Source: Nemertoderma westbladi (taxonomy: Eukaryota; Animalia; Xenacoelomorpha). Taken from it: a stretch of DNA of 33,911 nucleotides. Positions 30,038 to 33,911 of this stretch are shown here, in pieces (within the stretch, counting starts at the first letter, position 1; every line of letters starts with the position of its first letter). The position numbers and the translations under genes were made by a program. The stretch covers positions 1 to 33,911 of the forward strand of contig JAUCBJ010000308.1 of assembly GCA_032718475.1 (NCBI GenBank), given 5' to 3'. Under the pieces are notes generated by a model. The model saw nothing but the letters and a program-made list of their open reading frames with translations, did not search any database and had not been told where the DNA came from.

Positions 30038-32842
30038 ATGGCGAAACAAAAAACGAATGTTTCTGTATCACTATGGAATGTTGAAGGCTTAAATTACTTA
30101 GTCGAAAATCTCTCATACAACGAACTTTATAATGATTCCGATGTACTCCTGTATACGGAAACGTTTTTCACCAGTATTAATTTTAATAATTTAAACTATT
30201 ATTCTTTTATAGAACCAGCCCGTAAGCCAGAAAAAGGCCGACCTATTGGCGGCCTAATAATTTTATGTAAACCCCACACTAACCCATTACTCATTGCCAG
30301 AGATGAATATTTTATTGTTGTTAAAACTGATATATCATTCTTCATTGTTCTGTACTTTCCGCCCGAAAAATCCCTGGCTGATATTGCACTGACAATAAAT
30401 AGTGCTTTATCCCATACTGATTGTCAATCAATGATTGTTGTTGGTGGTGATTTTAATTGCAGGCTAGATAGTGGCTCACGAGGTCTCGAACTAAATGATA
30501 TTTTCTGTAATTTAAATTTCATATGTCTCAATTCGGAGAAATGCCACACCTATATCTCCCCACAGGGTAGCAGCACCATTGACTTGCTATTTATAAGATA
30601 TCCCGGTACCGTCCCCCCACTGCCACCAGTCCCACATATCACACTGAACCCAATCCGCAAACACCAAAAAATATCAATAGATATAGAGGTTGCTGTCTCA
30701 ATATATTGTAGACTCGAAACTCGCCCCCCTCCACTGAGTAGAAAGTTGAATGTACTGCAGCTAAGGAACGACAGTAGGCTACAACTAGCTACACAAAAAT
30801 TAGAAACAGACTTTGACATAAACGGCGCCACTGAGCTACTGACTAGCACTATAACCGACGCAACTACCTCTGAAAACTCTAGAACTAATGGAAGGCGTTG
30901 GTATGACAACGAATGTAAACAAATGAAGCAACAACTTCAATCTGCCATGACCCGCCGTGAAAACTCTCCCGCAGACACTGTGACATACTGGAACCTCCGC
31001 AGACAATACAAAAAACTTATTAAACAAAAACGGGAAGAGTTTGAAGAAGCATCGCTTATTAAGCTCATTGAACGCACGGAAATTAAACCCTGGACCTTAT
31101 TTGAAAAACCAAAACCTAGCATCGCCCCTATCAACCTTGAAACTTTGGAAAAACATTTCCAAAACCTGCTGGGTAACAAATGTAACCCACCGGACATCCC
31201 AGAAATACCATCACCGACTGCCGCAGAACTCAACGACGGAGCTTGGTACAATGATGACATAACTAGTGAGGAAGTACTAGCCAGTATAAACGATACCTGC
31301 AATAACAAAGCCTGTGGAACTGACAAAATCTACTACGAACACATTAAAGGTGCTCTTCCACTCATCCTAAACCTTATAACTCTACTATTCAACGTATGTC
31401 TTAATATTGGGAGTATACCAACTACCTGGAAACTGAGTATCATAAAGGTGTTGTACAAGAATAAAGGTGCTATAACTGACCCGGAGAACTACAGAGGGAT
31501 CGCTCTTCTCTGCGCCTTTCTAAAGATCCTCACGTCAACAATTAACAAGAGAGTCAGAAGATTTACAGGCCACTTAGTACCCCTAGAACAATTCGGTTTC
31601 CAAGTAGGAAAATCAACACGCCAAGCAATACACCTACTTCTCAACGATATTTCAACAGCTCTCCGCTCTGAAAATGCCAACGACCGCAGGCTATTTGTAG
31701 CTTTCATTGACTTTCGGAAAGCCTTCGACTTCGTTAACCGAGGAATACTACTGTCTAAGATCCACAGTTTTGGAATAAAGGGCAAATTATACAATCTAAT
31801 CAGAGACATTCTAGAAAACAGCATCCGAATATATGACGGCCTACAACTATCCAATGCTATACAACAGCTTCGTGGAGTCCTTCAAGGAGACTGTTTCAGC
31901 CCGACCTGCTTCTTAATTTTCATCACCGACCTAGCCACTGTTCTCCGACAAATAGCCTCCTCTCTCAAATTCTTATTCTTCGCTGACGACCTTGCCATAT
32001 ATTCGAAAAACCCACTGGATATCCAACATGCCCTAGATGCATTACATAATTGGTGTAAAGCCAACAACATGGAAGTAAACTTGAAGAAAACAAAAATAAT
32101 CAAATTTAGAAATGGTGGTAGACTTGCTATGATGGATAAATTCACCTATGACGGAAATGTTGTAAACATAGTAAATGAATATGAATATCTCGGAATTACT
32201 CTCCAACCGACACTCTGCTTCACTAAACATATTTTAGATAAAAAGAAAAAAGCGTATAGCGTCATCGGCTCCCTTTCGAAACTACACCTTCTTTCAATCG
32301 AGACTGGCCTCAAAATATACCGAATGAAAATACAGCCAATGGTAACATATAGTCTTGAAGAAATTGGCCCATATCTTTCGCTAACAAACCTCATTGACCT
32401 TGATAAAACAAAAACCTGCCATATCAAACATATGTTAAGACTACACACGTCAGCCTCCTCCACCCTCGCACTAAAACTGGTAGGTGAAAACAGCTTATGC
32501 GATGACATTCTTACCAAACACCCGAACATTTTTTCAACGACAGTAACCGCTCAATACAGAACCCATCGGAGAGACAGAGAATCAAATTTCGAAGCCAACT
32601 ACCCCATCCCTGGCCCAGCTTTTACATCTACAACATGGAAACGGGCGGGACAGACATACAGACACACCATCCCCAGATTCACCTCCCACGGTTTTCACCA
32701 CTTACTTTGCTCAAACAAGACTCCATTCCATATTATACTGACCCCTGACTGCTCCTGTACCTACTGTAAAAATCCATGCGAGGACCGATACCACGCACTA
32801 TCATGCACAAAATGTCCCTCATTACACGACCTAGCGAAATAA
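30038..32842 (+). CDS. LINE ORF2: AP endonuclease, reverse transcriptase and C-terminal Cys/His domain (frame open upstream to 28745)
   Basis: APE motifs WNVEGL, YTET, GGDFN and STIDL; RT motifs NYRGIALL, FIDFRKAFD, GVLQGDCFSP, FFADD and YLG; C-terminal CTYC...EDRYH...C. ATG 30038 is in GCCATGG context. Confidence 0.95.
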   Translation: MAKQKTNVSVSLWNVEGLNYLVENLSYNELYNDSDVLLYTETFFTSINFNNLNYYSFIEPARKPEKGRPIGGLIILCKPHTNPLLIARDEYFIVVKTDISFFIVLYFPPEKSLADIALTINSALSHTDCQSMIVVGGDFNCRLDSGSRGLELNDIFCNLNFICLNSEKCHTYISPQGSSTIDLLFIRYPGTVPPLPPVPHITLNPIRKHQKISIDIEVAVSIYCRLETRPPPLSRKLNVLQLRNDSRLQLATQKLETDFDINGATELLTSTITDATTSENSRTNGRRWYDNECKQMKQQLQSAMTRRENSPADTVTYWNLRRQYKKLIKQKREEFEEASLIKLIERTEIKPWTLFEKPKPSIAPINLETLEKHFQNLLGNKCNPPDIPEIPSPTAAELNDGAWYNDDITSEEVLASINDTCNNKACGTDKIYYEHIKGALPLILNLITLLFNVCLNIGSIPTTWKLSIIKVLYKNKGAITDPENYRGIALLCAFLKILTSTINKRVRRFTGHLVPLEQFGFQVGKSTRQAIHLLLNDISTALRSENANDRRLFVAFIDFRKAFDFVNRGILLSKIHSFGIKGKLYNLIRDILENSIRIYDGLQLSNAIQQLRGVLQGDCFSPTCFLIFITDLATVLRQIASSLKFLFFADDLAIYSKNPLDIQHALDALHNWCKANNMEVNLKKTKIIKFRNGGRLAMMDKFTYDGNVVNIVNEYEYLGITLQPTLCFTKHILDKKKKAYSVIGSLSKLHLLSIETGLKIYRMKIQPMVTYSLEEIGPYLSLTNLIDLDKTKTCHIKHMLRLHTSASSTLALKLVGENSLCDDILTKHPNIFSTTVTAQYRTHRRDRESNFEANYPIPGPAFTSTTWKRAGQTYRHTIPRFTSHGFHHLLCSNKTPFHIILTPDCSCTYCKNPCEDRYHALSCTKCPSLHDLAK

Positions 32843-33911
32843 TAAACTCTACTACCAGCTCCCTTTCAAACACCCCCCCCCCCCACCCCCCCCCCTCCCT
32901 CCTTATTAGAACTACCCAACGCTTTACTTTATTACTTACAATATAATACCCAGTTAATTATAATTTTCTTAGGATGTGAACTATATATCTTTCATAGCTA
33001 GGCCTATTTAATCTCCTAAATTAAATCTCTTTATCTCTAATTTGAGGCGCCACTTATTATCCTGCTATGCAATTAAATTCTACCATCCTTAATAATTATC
33101 TAATAGCATTGCCTTATTTATTACCATATTTAATCATTTAACCATTGTGTGCATTTACTGGCTTAATTATAATAATTTTCATATAATATTTGACCTTAAA
33201 CTATTAGTCTAATTATGATTTACTGTGCGCGTACAATGTACATACCTATTATCAATATTATAATATATATTTACCCCGACTGGGGGTGTATCTTCAAAAA
33301 AAAAAAAAAAAAATAAGTTCTCGTCTAACCAATAAGACACAAAGACTGCTCTACTGTTAAGTAAAGGGGCTCAGGAGCGTGCTATTACTAAATTGTAAGG
33401 GTTGCTAAATACAGAACCGCTACTTACCGTTAGATGGCGCTAATCTGCCGTCCGCTAATATATTTTACTAAATTTACACAACTCCTGCAAAATCGCTTGT
33501 TCCTTTCTCTACCGATCGCTCGATAGAGAGCTAACTGTTCGAATCTATGAGCCACGCGGGAATAACCAAAACAATAAACCCGAGTCGGCTCCCTAAGCTT
33601 ACTTAAGACGAGTGCGAGAGGCCTTGCACTCAGAGTATTCTTACGCCTAATTCTATCACTATTAAAGCACGCTATTACCTACGTCTTTCTAATCGCGAAT
33701 ACTGGAGGTTCCCTAACGTAATGTGTGAATGCGAGAATATTTAAAATATCAAAATGGTACAGTATCTGTTTCTACGTGGATAATACCACTCCGGGTCTAA
33801 AACTGCCCGCGACTGGCTTTAGGCCAGCAAAATTACTAGCGTATCGTGCGTACCGAATAGTGCGTTCTAGCTGATTGCCCGCTAATGCAAATAACCGCTC
33901 AGCGTGAATAG

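Larger units (their letters stand above)
27735..33311 (+). mobile_element. Full-length, apparently intact APE-type non-LTR retrotransposon (LINE; possibly RTEX-like, clade unresolved)
   Basis: TSD AATAAGTTCTCGTC at 27721-27734 and 33312-33325; poly-A at ~33296-33311; two uninterrupted ORFs; ~450-nt 3' UTR. Confidence 0.95.

Noticed and set aside
28782-30116. Long minus-strand ORFs (WAPGRRPVRY, GGDRYVIGRR, GAGEATGTLL repeats)
   Set aside because: Expected by-products of a 30-bp GC-rich repeat lacking stops; no independent support.

Overview
AT-rich, transposon-saturated eukaryotic DNA, most likely from an invertebrate animal (it contains Nin-type tRNA SINEs). One host gene is recognisable: an intronless histone chaperone ASF1 (12254-12862). 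The rest is nested mobile DNA: a defective FLYWCH-MULE transposon, several TIR MITEs, CR1 and RTE fragments, tRNA-derived SINEs, a decayed Gypsy element, and an apparently intact full-length LINE (27735-33311; 14-bp TSD, poly-A tail). Two things stand out. (1) In the LINE, ORF1 and ORF2 are in the same frame and separated only by one UGA in the readthrough-prone context UGA-CUA, followed by a stop-free array of 40 x 30-bp units encoding a Pro-rich linker; this suggests an ORF1-linker-ORF2 readthrough polyprotein. (2) A ~360-bp insertion (5330-5687) combines a Pol III tRNA-like head, a minimal type I hammerhead ribozyme, a perfect 35-bp inverted repeat and a 13-bp TSD that starts with the same AATAAGT as the LINE's TSD. 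All calls were made by eye; family assignments need database confirmation.
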